Below the pieces are notes generated by a model. That model saw nothing but the letters and a program-made list of their open reading frames with translations. It was not told where the DNA came from and searched no databases. A DNA stretch of 59,359 bases, filler included, from Platydemus manokwari (lineage: Eukaryota): the NCBI GenBank assembly GCA_037951405.1. It is 6 parts of 6 records of this genome, joined end to end, with 100 filler letters (N's around TTAATTAATTAA, not from the genome) between each part and the next. Parts side by side here need not be neighbours in the genome. Positions count along the whole stretch, not along the records: positions 1 to 11,897 come from JBBMOY010406666.1; 5 more parts are not named here. The stretch is one strand, 5' to 3'. Positions 1 to 11,997 of this stretch are shown here, one piece after another. Both the position numbers and the translations under genes were made by a program. Within the stretch, counting starts at the first letter, position 1. Each line of letters begins with the position of its first letter.

Positions 1-72
1 TATTTTCTTATGAGTTATGCTTCTTCAAATATGTGCATGAAAATCGGACATTTCATATGGGACAACCTAATA
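1..72. mobile_element. Terminal inverted repeat (one end) of a mariner element
   Basis: The reverse complement of 43-72 reads TA-TTAGGTTGTCCCATATGAAATGTCCGAT. This resembles Hsmar1/cecropia-type mariner TIRs (TTAGGTTG...) with a TA target site. The element runs off the window start. Confidence 0.6.
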
Positions 73-556
73 TCATAAAGTAAGAATTAATAGAATATTC
101 TAGAACAATTCTACGAATCATTTCAATAATGTGTGCCGGAACAGTATGAAAAGAGTTCATTTTTGACAACAATGGCTAGTCATGTTTGACCAGTAACCTG
201 TATTCTGTTCTTTGACTTATGTGTGATTTTTCCGACAGCCAGTCGTTTTGGTTGTCTTCTACTCTGTGTTTGACTTTCGGGTTCTGATCTCGTCTTGCAT
301 GATAATTTATTATTGTATTGTGACACGATTTTAATTGTACCTATTGACGAGTCGAACCCGTGACTCTTGTGGTTTAAATTATAATTTTCAGGTTTTCTTG
401 TTAGTCAACCAAGGTATTTTTCAAATTATAATCCGAAATTTTGAAATTAAGTAACCGATAATCGAATAATAAAATATTGATTATAATATTTTAAAAAATA
501 TATATATTAAAGAATATTTGAAGACAAAATCTCAAAGCATCTAAGTGATGGGAGGA

Positions 557-1060
557 TGAAACAAGATAAAAAATAAATCTTATTGTAATTTTAAGGTAAG
601 TTTTCGAATCATCTTCTACAAAATAGTAGTGGCTTACATGACAATCAAGTATTTGGATTCGATTCTGATAACATCTATGACATGGAAGTATAGAAGAGAA
701 GGAGGGTATAGCGATTTTGTATAGAATTTATAAAGAAGAAATAGTAACGATATAAAAAAGATATAGATAAGTTAAAGAGAAGTTATAAAGAAGATATAGA
801 GATGATATTAAATAGAGAAAGAATAGAAATTTGAAAAGAGAATTTTGTCCACAGAATTTCATACAGGGATAATTAAGAATTCAGAGCAAATCCAAGATTT
901 TAATAAGGTGGGGATGTTGGGGTTTAATTAAATTTAATTTTAAAATCTTTTCTATTTTTATAAAAGTTTGTTTAAATAATTTTCATTAAAATATAATTCT
1001 GACATCCTTACATTACAGTTCGTTTTGAATGTGTGCTGTATAAAATAGTAATGAGTTACA
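557..1060 (+). mobile_element. TRIM-like non-autonomous LTR retroelement, diverged copy 1
   Basis: LTR end AAATAGTAGTGGCTTACA at 621-638, followed by PBS-like TGACAATCAAGTATTTGGATTCGA. A-rich internal region, PPT AAGGTGGGGA, then 3' LTR TG(915)...AAATAGTAATGAGTTACA(1060). Alignable to the copies at 4376 and 17359. The 5' boundary is approximate. Confidence 0.6.
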
Positions 1061-2492
1061 TCGATTATTTCTTAAATAAATCAATAAATTTTAAAATGAT
1101 TTCGGATTATATTCTTGTCATTTTTAAAAAAGAAAATAAATTAAAATACCTAACATATTTCAACAAGTCCGATAATATTTCACGTGTGTATGTAAGCATT
1201 GAGATCCAGCACATATTCCACATGGGACCATTGCGCGAATATTAACTCCCTATATTTTCCACATCCACATATTATATTTGTTTCACAATGATACAATTTT
1301 ATATTTGGAAATGGCTTCTACACATTTGGTGCTTCTATTGAAAAATTTATTGATTTTTTATCATTAAAATAAGTTTTATTAAATTTTATAAAATGTAGAA
1401 ATGTTGATATTATTTTGTGCTTTATTCTTTATTATTAATAATGATTTAATCCATACTAGCCTCACCAACATAGAATCCGCAACCTGGAGTTGCAGGACAG
1501 AAATATTATTCTGATCAACTTCATCCTTAATTTTCCTGACAAATCATCAGCAACTCTTTGATATTTTAACATGATTTCTCAATCAAAATTATTGCCAAAT
1601 TATTTTCCCCCAAAACATCACAATGTGTTTAACATAAGAATAATAATTCTACAATTTCGATTGTATTATTATTGTACTAAAATAACGTCACGGTCGCGGT
1701 GATGATTTGACTTTTGAAGAACAATCGAAAACCAATGGAAAAATAAATAAAAACCTTTCAAAATGTAAGCGAATGGAACATCAAAATAAAATAGTTGAAC
1801 ATCTGTAATTAAATGTAGTGATGGGAAATGCAGTTGTCAATGGCCACTACGCGAATTTCTTTTAGTGGTTAATATTTTTGGAGAAGAAATGATATCGGTC
1901 GATAAATATTTTACACACATTAGATAAAAAATATTGAATAATCCTAACAAACATGGTTATTGACTTATCATTGTGATACAATACTTTCTCGTGATACTAT
2001 TGATTATCATAAAGATATGAAGTTTCCTTAAATAAAGAAAAAATCTGATTCCAAAATGCTGCCCGTCTAATAACATTTGCTAGCATAAATAAGGGTGTTC
2101 AACTATTCGATAATATATCGATAAATTAATATGATGAGCAATGTTATTATGTTATTTTCTTCTTCGAATAGATTCATTTCGATTAGAAATACCTAAGATC
2201 CTGTAAACCACTACTCGCTCTCTTATAGTATTTATTTATAAGGTATTGTAGTCGATTTTGGATTGCTGCTGAAAGTTAACAGACCGACATCGGTTATCCA
2301 ATAAGAAATTGTTATACGTTGATCAATTTTCAATACATGTGATTTGTTGGTTTCCTTAAATTTGATTGGTTGAAATCATTGCATAAATGCCTTCAATTCT
2401 GGAAATTATTTAAAGCTCCACAGAATCGATTGTTCACAATTTCTATCTTATGTAAGTTTCAAGTTATATGTTGATTTAGGATTTGTAGATTA

Positions 2493-3536
2493 ATGACGAA
2501 AGCCAATTTTTCAACTCGCCCGATCAGCTGTTCCATAACTCAAGTCCATCCATTTTTAAGATATAGTGAAATTTACCGTGTAACCTTTGGATGCATTGGA
2601 ATGATATGCAGTGTGTTCTGTTTTGTTATGAACAGAATCATTTTGAAACATCACAAAAATCTCTCCTATCGATTTCTACAGATAATTTTTATTTTCAATT
2701 TTATCTACTCGGTTTTCATTTTCACAATGCGCATCATTTCAAATCCTACGTATTATACAAGTGATACCCTGTATCGTATTTCGATGTACTATATTTGCTT
2801 TGGTTTTCACCCATTTCATTTACTAGCACTGAAAATGTCATTACTGATTGTATCAGTGGTGGGACTCGATAGATATTTAATTGTAGCTCATCCGCTCATA
2901 TATCGTAGGTACTCTGATAGAATTAATAAATATTTTCCTTTCCTTATTTTTATTATTTTCCTTTATGTATTTTTATTTATCTCATATCAGTTTTTTCGAC
3001 GAAAAATTATCTATGTCCCTCACAATGGATGCTATAGAATTATCGATGTATGGACCAAATTACACCCCTTAGTTCTTAGTGTGTTCGTATATATAAATGT
3101 AGTTTTTCTATTGATTTTACCGTCGATTGTTATGTGGATATTGACGATTCTATTGTTTCATAAAATGATGAAGAACTGTCAAAGTATATCACAATGTCCA
3201 TTGAATGTCAGTTCGAATAACAAGCGTCGTTCAGAATCAAACATCTCAATCCAAACGAAATTAACGAATAATCTTAACCGTTTGAATATAATGATGTCGA
3301 TTATGGTTTGCTTTTTCACAATACCGGAATGGATGACGATTATCAGAGTAGATAAGATATTCAAAAATACAATAAGTATCAATACTTACAACATCCATAC
3401 CTTTATAAGGAGAAATCTGGAAACATTGTTCCCGATAATGATGGCGGTTCTGTTTGTGTTGTTTGATAGAAACTTGAGAAAGATTTCCATTCGACTCATC
3501 CAACAATATTTTTCATTTTTCAAATGGTCGCCATGA
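2493..3536 (+). CDS. Class A (rhodopsin-like) GPCR, probably an orphan peptide-receptor type; CDS has no introns
   Basis: 347-aa ORF with about 7 hydrophobic segments. TM3 DRY motif (GLDRYLIVAHPLIYRR), TM5 proline (LILPSIVM), TM6 CFFTIP, post-TM7 DRNLRK helix 8. A likely 5'UTR intron gtaagt(2452)...tag(2479 or 2488) lies just upstream. Confidence 0.9.
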   Translation: MTKANFSTRPISCSITQVHPFLRYSEIYRVTFGCIGMICSVFCFVMNRIILKHHKNLSYRFLQIIFIFNFIYSVFIFTMRIISNPTYYTSDTLYRISMYYICFGFHPFHLLALKMSLLIVSVVGLDRYLIVAHPLIYRRYSDRINKYFPFLIFIIFLYVFLFISYQFFRRKIIYVPHNGCYRIIDVWTKLHPLVLSVFVYINVVFLLILPSIVMWILTILLFHKMMKNCQSISQCPLNVSSNNKRRSESNISIQTKLTNNLNRLNIMMSIMVCFFTIPEWMTIIRVDKIFKNTISINTYNIHTFIRRNLETLFPIMMAVLFVLFDRNLRKISIRLIQQYFSFFKWSP

Positions 3537-4282
3537 TTTTGACAATCAATATCGCTAGTGATCGAATGGAAGTGATAACGAAATGAAATCCTTTGTGTGG
3601 CTTGAATGTTTTACTGAATTTCCTTATTCATTGTAGCGTGGTTATTATTCATAGCGGTTATAATGTTTAGATCTTCTATTCCAATAATTTAAATGCCTTT
3701 CATATTCACATCGCTACAGATAACGTAATTCGAAATAATCTTAAACTATTTTATCCAATGATATTCACCCATCAAATTCACCCATTGGCAGTGCTCCACA
3801 TTAAATATATTAACTGATTATAATCATTATAAACTATATAATTAAATAAATATATTGTTTTTTATCTTTGATTTTTGAAAATGTATTTTTATTTCCCTTC
3901 ATCATTAAATTAAACTTCTTACCTTAATAATTATCTTAATTATTAATAATTCTTTAAATTAATCAATAAACGGCATACCGTTTACAAATCCTATACCAGC
4001 TATTGGATTCTATAGCAGTAATTATTCACCTGGAGCGATTGGAAACATGGAAAATTCTGTAGTGGTTAGTGGGCTCTTAATTGGAACACAGCCTTAATAG
4101 ATGAGTCTTCTAAGTGAAAGAAGTTGATATTTTGGTCAGTACACTCTTCATTGCAGTGCAAAAACAACCCTAACAGTCAGGTAATGCGAGTGAAAATTGC
4201 AGTTCATAGATGACCTGATAATAAACTCTTCTATATATTTTGTAAGTGAATCGAATGAAATTCCCAAGTCACAACAACTTTA

Positions 4283-4299
4283 GTGTGTGTGTGTGTGTG
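4283..4299. repeat. (GT)n microsatellite
   Basis: gtgtgtgtgtgtgtgtg. Confidence 0.8.
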
Positions 4300-4375
4300 A
4301 TACTCTGATAGTTTTATCGCACAATTGGAATTCAAATAGATTCTTTTAAAATTCTTATAAAATCCAATTGATTAT

Positions 4376-4963
4376 TGTGAGCTTTTAAATTGAATTAAAA
4401 ATTTTAAAGATTTTTTATAAAAAAAATAAAAAAAATTGTATAAAATCACATTAATTTGTTTACATAATTATATTCGAATATAATTTGATGTCGGGACTTT
4501 TCATTTCGTTTTCGATGCGTGTTTTAAAAAATAGTAGCGGCTTACATGGCGATCAAGCATCAGGATTCGATTCTGAGAAGATCAATGATTGAAAATTATG
4601 GAAAAGAAGAAGAAATATGTTAAGACATTATGGAGAACATATAAAGAAACTGTAGAGTGGATATAAAGAAGATTTAGAGAAGACATATAACAGATAGAAG
4701 AACTCGAGTTTTTATGTAGATAAATATGTAGTACATTCGATACAATGCCAATTGAGAATAAAAAGGAAATCAAAGATTTTAAAAGTAAGGAGGATGTGAG
4801 CATTTTAAATTGAATCAAAAATTTTAAAGATTTAACTTTGCATACAGTTTTTTGATATAAAATCAAATTGATTGGTTTAAATAATCGTATTTAAATATAA
4901 ATTCATGTAGTGCATTTTCAGTTCTTTTTTGATGTGTGGTTTTTAAAATAGTGGCGGCTTACA
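4376..4963 (+). mobile_element. TRIM-like non-autonomous LTR retroelement, copy 2 (best preserved LTR pair)
   Basis: 5' LTR 4376-4546 (TGTGAGC...TAGTAGCGGCTTACA); PBS TGGCGATCAAGCATCAGGATTCGA from 4547; ~250-bp non-coding interior; PPT AAAAGTAAGGAGGA; 3' LTR 4795-4963 (TGTGAGC...TAGTGGCGGCTTACA). Flanks attat/actat match at 4 of 5 positions (TSD). Confidence 0.85.
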
Positions 4964-6720
4964 ACTATTATGAACAGGCTTCGATTTTCATCTCTTTGTA
5001 ATTTGTTCCAAACCGGTTGTCTTTTCAGAACAATTATCGCTGATTTTTTCATAGATTTTCTCCCACAAATGCGTATATTGTGAATTTACAATTCTGTGTA
5101 TTTTTATTGGCAAATCGATAATACTAATCGTCAAGAAGAATTGATAATTGCTGAGGTCATTTTATACTCGGCCAGATTTTGTCTTGGCAACAAGATATTT
5201 GCCATGTAACCAAATCAAAATAAAAATCTTGGCTTAAGGTCATCTTTTTAATGGAATAATTTAACGTTGTCGATTTTTATTAATTCCTTACATGTTAGGA
5301 TTCTTTATTATTATATCAATTATACGCTCTAATTTCTTTATAATTTACTAATATTGTATCATCAGTATTGCTTGACTTCATAGCTTTGCTGGGTCTCATT
5401 AACATATCACCATTCACTATGAATTGTAATAATTCATCTGAAGTAAAGAATCGTTGGTCTTGGATCTTATCCGGTTTGATCAAGAGTGGATTAATGGACA
5501 TAAAAAATATCTTTAATAATTGCGTCACGATATTTATTGATATTTTATCAATAACTATGATTGAGTTGTGCAACTCAGAGATTTTTATTTATTCGTATTC
5601 GTTAGTAGTTGCTTTTGTGAATGTTAAAAGCTGTCATAGTTTTTAATATATTATATTTTATTATTTTTCATTATATTTTATAATGGAAATTTTCATGGCA
5701 AATATTTAGTTCAAATCAATTCGTTAGAACTTAAAAATTTAACTTTTTACCGATTAATTTTAATATCATATTAATTTTTTAACATTATATTCGAGTAGCA
5801 GTGTTTCAGACAACAATTTATTAAGGTTTTAAAATTTAATATAATATATCATCGGGGTTCACAATCAGCACCACTGTCCTTAGAAAAATCTTAATCGTAT
5901 TTTAATTGGTCCAATCATTGTATACCACTAGAAAGACTCTCACAATGAGTCATACTGACTCACCATTTTGTTATTCAGATTGATCCAACACACTGAATCT
6001 AGATGCTGGTGCGTTGGGAGAATAAAGTCCACAATCTACAGACGCAGCCTGACGGATTTCAAAACAATTTCCAAAACAATTATATCGAATCCAAGCGAAT
6101 GATGTTCGGTTGAGACATTTGTTTACCACTTCTGAGTCCGTTTAATTAATTGATGGTACTCAATTCTTTGAAATTGCCGACAAAAACTGTTCCCTTATAT
6201 TCTGGTATTATGAAACAGATTTTCTTGAGCAATGACTTGTTGAGAAAACCATGTGTTACATACTTAGATTTGATAAGATTGCACGTTTATTTTATATTAT
6301 TATTATATATTATTACATTATTTAATATATATTTTATTTAACATTTCCATATCAGAAATATCTGGGCTTAGAGTTTAGTCTATTTTGCTGGGCATCTTCC
6401 TTCTCCTGTAACTGTACTCTCGCTGATAATACTGATTTGTACCGGCTGCAATCTCACCCACCACTTCTATCCATAATTGGAGATTCTATTACGAATGAGT
6501 AGTGACACCTTCTAACGTAAGCATATAAATATTTCTTACCGTAAATAGTAGTGCCGTTTAAAACGTAAAGCATTATTATTACTTGGGATAATCTTTAATA
6601 TTATTAGTATATAATTGATAAAATACCGCTGTACATAAAAATATTTCTAGAGTGAACTAAATTCATTTAGGAATTAAAATCAATAATTAGAATCTAAAAT
6701 CCTATCACAAATCAAGTTCA

Positions 6721-6780
6721 ATAAATTATATATAAATTATATATAAATTATATATAAATTATCAATAAATTATATATATG
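6721..6780. repeat. AT minisatellite, (ATAAATTATAT)n, 11-bp unit
   Basis: About 5 tandem copies of ataaattatat. Confidence 0.75.
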
Positions 6781-8735
6781 TATGTAAGAATTTTGTTTAA
6801 TCTAAACCTTTTCATGGAGGTTTCAACTGTTGCTTATCTTTCTTTATTTACACTCTTTTTTCTTACTCTACTGATCCATATATTTCTGTAGAGGCATCAG
6901 TATCAATCATTATTTTATTATTATTCGTAAAATCGGTAATCTATATTCTTGAATTGACTCTACAAAACCCGTAGATATACACGGATATCATATTGCACAA
7001 CAATATAATTATACTCAATCATATTATTAAAGATATAATTATATTTTGGGACCGCTGTTGTAAGATAGTAAGATAATAATATATTAATAATGTTACTTAC
7101 AATGATATATCGGGATTGAGATTTATAAACAAGACATTTAGCGCTATCAAATATACCATCGGCTCCAATATAAGATTATTATATTTGCCGAGAAATGACC
7201 TTATAGTTCAGAGTTCAAATGCAAAATTGGTAAAAAAAAATCAGATAACTGAGCCCAGATTCTCGACATTTGACTCCAAACGATATATCAGAATTATGGA
7301 AGTGTTCCCTATTGTGATTTATAACTATTATTAAATAGGGATCAACAAATACGAAAATTGTTTGTTATCTTGAATATTTATATCAATAATATATTAATTA
7401 CTATAAAGTCGATAAATTAAAATCAATAAATGCGAAAACAAATTGAAAGATATATAATGATGGTTTCTCGTTTTTTCGTGAGTGGTTTATTACTTGAGCT
7501 CAGATCGGACTCCGGACTATCTGTTGTGTTTCGTGTGAAGGATATAATCTACAGATATAAGTTATGATTTATAATAGCAATGACGCGATATAACCTAAAA
7601 AGTATATTAATAGAACAGAGGATTAACAATAAAATGATAAATAGATAACATATAGGCAGCAATCAATTACAATGTGGTATATAAACAAAGAGCTGGTGAA
7701 GTGTTTCGTCACCTAACCAGGTAGGCTGACTCACGATAAGGGATTTACCGTGTAATGAATAACACATATAGCAAAAATGGAGAAAACTATGGTAATTTTA
7801 CTTAGTATCGAATCTGTCGACACGATACGGAAATTTCACGAATTTTGCTAGATTATACCTCGAATAGATGTAGTTTCTGGATAGTTGTTGAATCACAGTT
7901 TACTGGCTTCGCAGTCTAATGTTTCCATGAGTGTTGAGCTTTACTGAAAGTCTGGCTGTCTAATTTGTTAGCATAGCTGATTCTCAGTAATTTTTAGTAG
8001 TTCACTTTTTGGCGATTTTTGTCGTTCTTATATACTATTCTTCGTTACTTTTACAGCCAATCGTGAATATTTTTGTAATTTCAAGATCCTATTTTTAGCT
8101 TTTTGTATTTTGTGTACTATTTTTGCAATTGTAAAATTCTATTTTTACTTTCTTGATCTATTTATATGATTTGTGGTATTTTTAATTATATGATTATGTT
8201 TGTGGGCGTAATCTGATTGTCAATATGTGAATTTGGATTCTAACAATAATTATATTTACGATGTATTAAACTTAACTCACGACCGAGTATTTGTCACTTT
8301 TAAAAAGATGAAATGGGAGAGGTCTGGAATGATTTTAATCCTAATTATTGCTTCTTATTTCTCCATAATCTATGTCATAATCATTATTAAAGTTTATAAT
8401 ATGTTTTTCTTCCTCCTAAAGGTGTGATCCTTTTCACTGGTTTTTTATTAAAATTATTTATAAAAAAGATTTTCAATTATAAAGATTCTTTTCTAATTAT
8501 GTTCTCAACTGTGTTCAAACCTTTACAATCAATATATTAAAAATCATATTATTTCGAGCATCAATTCTCCGCTGTTTTGAAATTCATCATGGGAATTTCT
8601 AACGAAGCTTTCGTTGATGACTCCGATTGATGATTTTCGCTATTACGATTTTTTGGCTTCATCATGGTGTATTAGTTTTGTTCGTTAATATAAATCGTTT
8701 ATTTGTTTCAATTATGTTCTACTTTTGGTTGTATT

Positions 8736-8821
8736 TGTAAACCGCTACTATATTATTATACATCACGAGAATATCTATTTAATAAAAAATAACTCCGACG
8801 CAATCTGAGACTTTCAGCACA
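8736..8821 (-). mobile_element. Short solo-LTR-like repeat related to the TRIM LTR end
   Basis: The minus strand reads TGTGCTG...TATAGTAGCGGTTTACA, sharing the TAGTAGCGGYTTACA terminus of the TRIM LTRs. No TSD seen. Confidence 0.45.
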
Positions 8822-8859
8822 AAGTGGTAGGGCAAATATCACAAGTTTTCCATTGTTTC

Positions 8860-9290
8860 CTTCTTCTTTTCGTTATCAGTTTCAACCAAGTTTGTCAAAC
8901 ATCTCCTCATCTTCAGAGTATATCAACTCATCGCCCGAAATATTTTCTTGGTTGTATTTTTCGGATATGCTTCTTGGGCTATAAGATGTCTTGCCTCGGT
9001 GGAATTGGATGTTGGACTTGATACATTCGTATGCGATTGTCTCCATCAATTTTGTCTTTAATCCGATTTTTCACAGTATTATGTCATTTGTCGTTGCCAA
9101 GGTTCCGAGTACCCTGACTATTTAAGTGAATAATTCAACTGACCACCTGGTCTTGCTTTTTTTTTAATCTCTTCCCTGAGGTCCTCGTATTTTTGCATAT
9201 TGACATTATGGGGCATTGGTCAGCAGACGTTGTTTATCCATCAAGTATAATTACTGGACGCTTCCAATTATGGTTTCATGAAGTCAAGAT
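8860..9290 (-). mobile_element. Degenerate 3' end of an RLE-type (R2/NeSL/R4-like) non-LTR retrotransposon
   Basis: Minus-strand translation with frameshifts: VNMQKYEDLREEIKK/ARPG/VELFT*IVRVLGT.../IAYECIKSNIQFHRGK. Homologous to ORF 52881-53261 and to the KxxKYxxL...VGxLGxW motif of restriction-like endonuclease domains. Confidence 0.7.
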
Positions 9291-11897
9291 TTATCTCTTT
9301 TACATTATCGATTTACAAGCTTATGATTATCTTATGTTTAACTTTGAAGCTAATTATTTGATGAAAGTACAAATTTTCATTTTCTAATTCAAATCAGACA
9401 CTCAGAATCTAAAATTAATCAATCAATTTCATCAACCAATTGAAGTAATAAAAGGTTATCACATCGGTCATATGTTTTGTGAGTGTTGGTCACATGTTAA
9501 TGTGTTGACTATAATCGTTATTTTTGATTTATATTTATCATTAAAGTGCAGGAAACATCGTTTAATTTACCACAATTTATATAATTAAATATTAATATAA
9601 AAACACTAAGTTCCACAATTAATAACTTTTAGTTTATATTCTTGTTGTTGTATGTTCCTAAATTATATCGACGAACGAAAGCGAAATAATAATTACTCTC
9701 TCTAAAGTCTCTTTAATAATAATAAATACAAATAAAATTCATGGGCAATTATAAAGAATTAATAATAGCAAACAAGTGCTTAAGCAATCCTGTATCCATG
9801 GTAACATAATAAATGAATCATATCTCATATATCGAATCATCATATGTCTGGTTGCAATAAACAATTGCAAAATTCGACATCTGTCGAGAGTAGAAAAATG
9901 AATTTCAATGATAACCCAATTGTAAAATAGCGGAATCAGAATTGGGGATTAAATAAATGACTAATTGGGTAATGCAATCCCATACACAACCAGTTTTGAA
10001 AGACAATTGTAGAGTAACAATCGTGAATAACAAATTTATTCTATAAAGTACATTTCCATGAGACTATATTTAGAGTTGTAGGTTAGCATAACCTAATTAT
10101 GAAAATTTAAGTGCTGGAATGAATTATTATTTAGATATTATTTGGGATCACTATCTTACATAGGCTTTATAAATTATGAGCCTCATATATTCAATAATGT
10201 GTATCGCTGTTATTATTATTTGGTCTTTTATAAGATTTATTTTGTTAGTGATTGTCTTAGTGTTCATTTGATGATTTTATTTACATTCATATATCGGTGC
10301 GTATATAAATATAAAGAAAAGAAATTATCAAATCCATTTTTCTCAAACCTATTTAGATCTTTGTATGACCGTTAAAAAAATAGAACAATACAATAGTATC
10401 AACACAGATATATCTGTTGGCACAATTTCAGTTCTATGTATATCCCGAATTGAAGACATAAAACTGAAGAAACTTTCGATAATATCAATTTTTACATAGC
10501 TTGTAGACTACTTAGTCAGTTATAAAATGTAAAATAAATTATATAGAATTATTACATTGTTAAAAACACAATATAATTTATACTCACATATTTATACTCA
10601 TTGATATTAATTATTATTCACTGATTAATCTACTTTATTTCTTATTTCTTATTAATCAGTTGTGTTATTACAATACGATTCTGGTGTAACCTTCGGTATC
10701 AGTCGTGAAACAATGAACAAAAAGCGGCAAGTTAGTGTTTTAAATCAAAATCTGTTGTCTTCATTGGAAACGACAATCAATATCGGTATCAATACGATGG
10801 TGCCTGCCTCATTTCAGTATTCCAGCACGACAATGGCTTGATCAACATTTTCCACGGTTGTGGGTTAGTCGTAGAAAATGCAATCTCTGTTTGCTATGAA
10901 ATTGATAATTTACCGTTATTTTTTCTTGCTGTTATTGTGTTTTGTTGTGTATTACAGTAACTCGGTACTTTTAGTTTATTCTTACTGTTGTTTTATTTTA
11001 GTTTTAGAGACGGAAACTTATAAATTATATATATTTTTATGTATATTTAAAATTACGATGTTGTGTTAGTGACCTAGGGTTCTCATTACATCAGAATTGT
11101 CAGAAAACCAATTGATAACTGGACGTGATTATCATTGGTGATCGCAGCTTAATGAGATGACATCCATAAGATCAATTAAAAATGCTAAAAATATTTTTAT
11201 GGTTAACATTTGATCCGTTGTTCGTCACAATTGACTATTATCTTGTTATCACATTATAGTAAACATAAATTATTGATTATTAGTATAGCTATAACATTGA
11301 AGAAAAAGAAATTATTGATTATACCTGTAACTACTATAATAAAGAAAGAGTTAAATAAATCCAAAGAACTTAACCGAAAAAAATGATGAAACTATTGATG
11401 AGAGCAAAAGATTTATCTACATCAATGCAAACCACAGATAAATTTTTCATTGAAATTAAAAACAAAACCCTTTGCTATGTTACCAAAAATAGAATAATTG
11501 TTCAATATCACGAGTTATTTTATTGTATTTTTTGTTAAGAGGCTTTTCGACCTTTTAGGTAGTACGCTCGTTACTGTTTTCTGATTGGTTTAGGATTCCG
11601 GAATAAAAATTTTATTTAATAAATCAAGTTTTATTGTGTTAGTGTTTGTTTTAAATAAAACACCATAAATACATCTATATAATAATTCCAGCCACAACTA
11701 TAGTTCAAACCAAATGAATTAGATTTGTTGAAGCATGGTGTACAACAAAGGAATCTTCAATATTATGCATTATTGAGTCTCGATATTTATTTATTACTAC
11801 TGTGGAGATTTCGTATCTCTTGGATCGAGCGATTTACTGTGGTTCACAATCTGACTCCAAAGATTGCGGATACTAGCACTCTTACACAAATTATAAT

Positions 11898-11997
11898 NNN
11901 NNNNNNNNNNNNNNNNNNNNNNNNNNNNNNNNNNNNNNNNNTTAATTAATTAANNNNNNNNNNNNNNNNNNNNNNNNNNNNNNNNNNNNNNNNNNNN
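11898..11997. other. Assembly gap with six-frame-stop linker TTAATTAATTAA
   Basis: 44 N + TTAATTAATTAA (11942-11953) + 44 N; the same structure recurs five times. Confidence 0.97.

Noticed and set aside
345-370. tRNA B-box-like GGGTTCGACTC on the minus strand (also GAGTTCGAAT near 31815)
   Set aside because: No cloverleaf or A-box could be built; at most SINE debris.
4582-4866. 94-aa minus-strand ORF
   Set aside because: Antisense shadow of the A-rich TRIM interior and LTR; no protein features.
9792-9805. RFX X-box matches GTATCCATGGTAAC (9792) and GTTTCCATAGTTAC (18784)
   Set aside because: No identifiable gene start nearby. By my rough estimate, about one match to the degenerate consensus is expected by chance in a window of this size and composition.
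11942-11953. Perfect palindromic TTAATTAATTAA recurring five times at ~10-kb spacing
   Set aside because: Always centred in 44N+44N gaps. It is an artificial six-frame-stop scaffolding linker, not biology.
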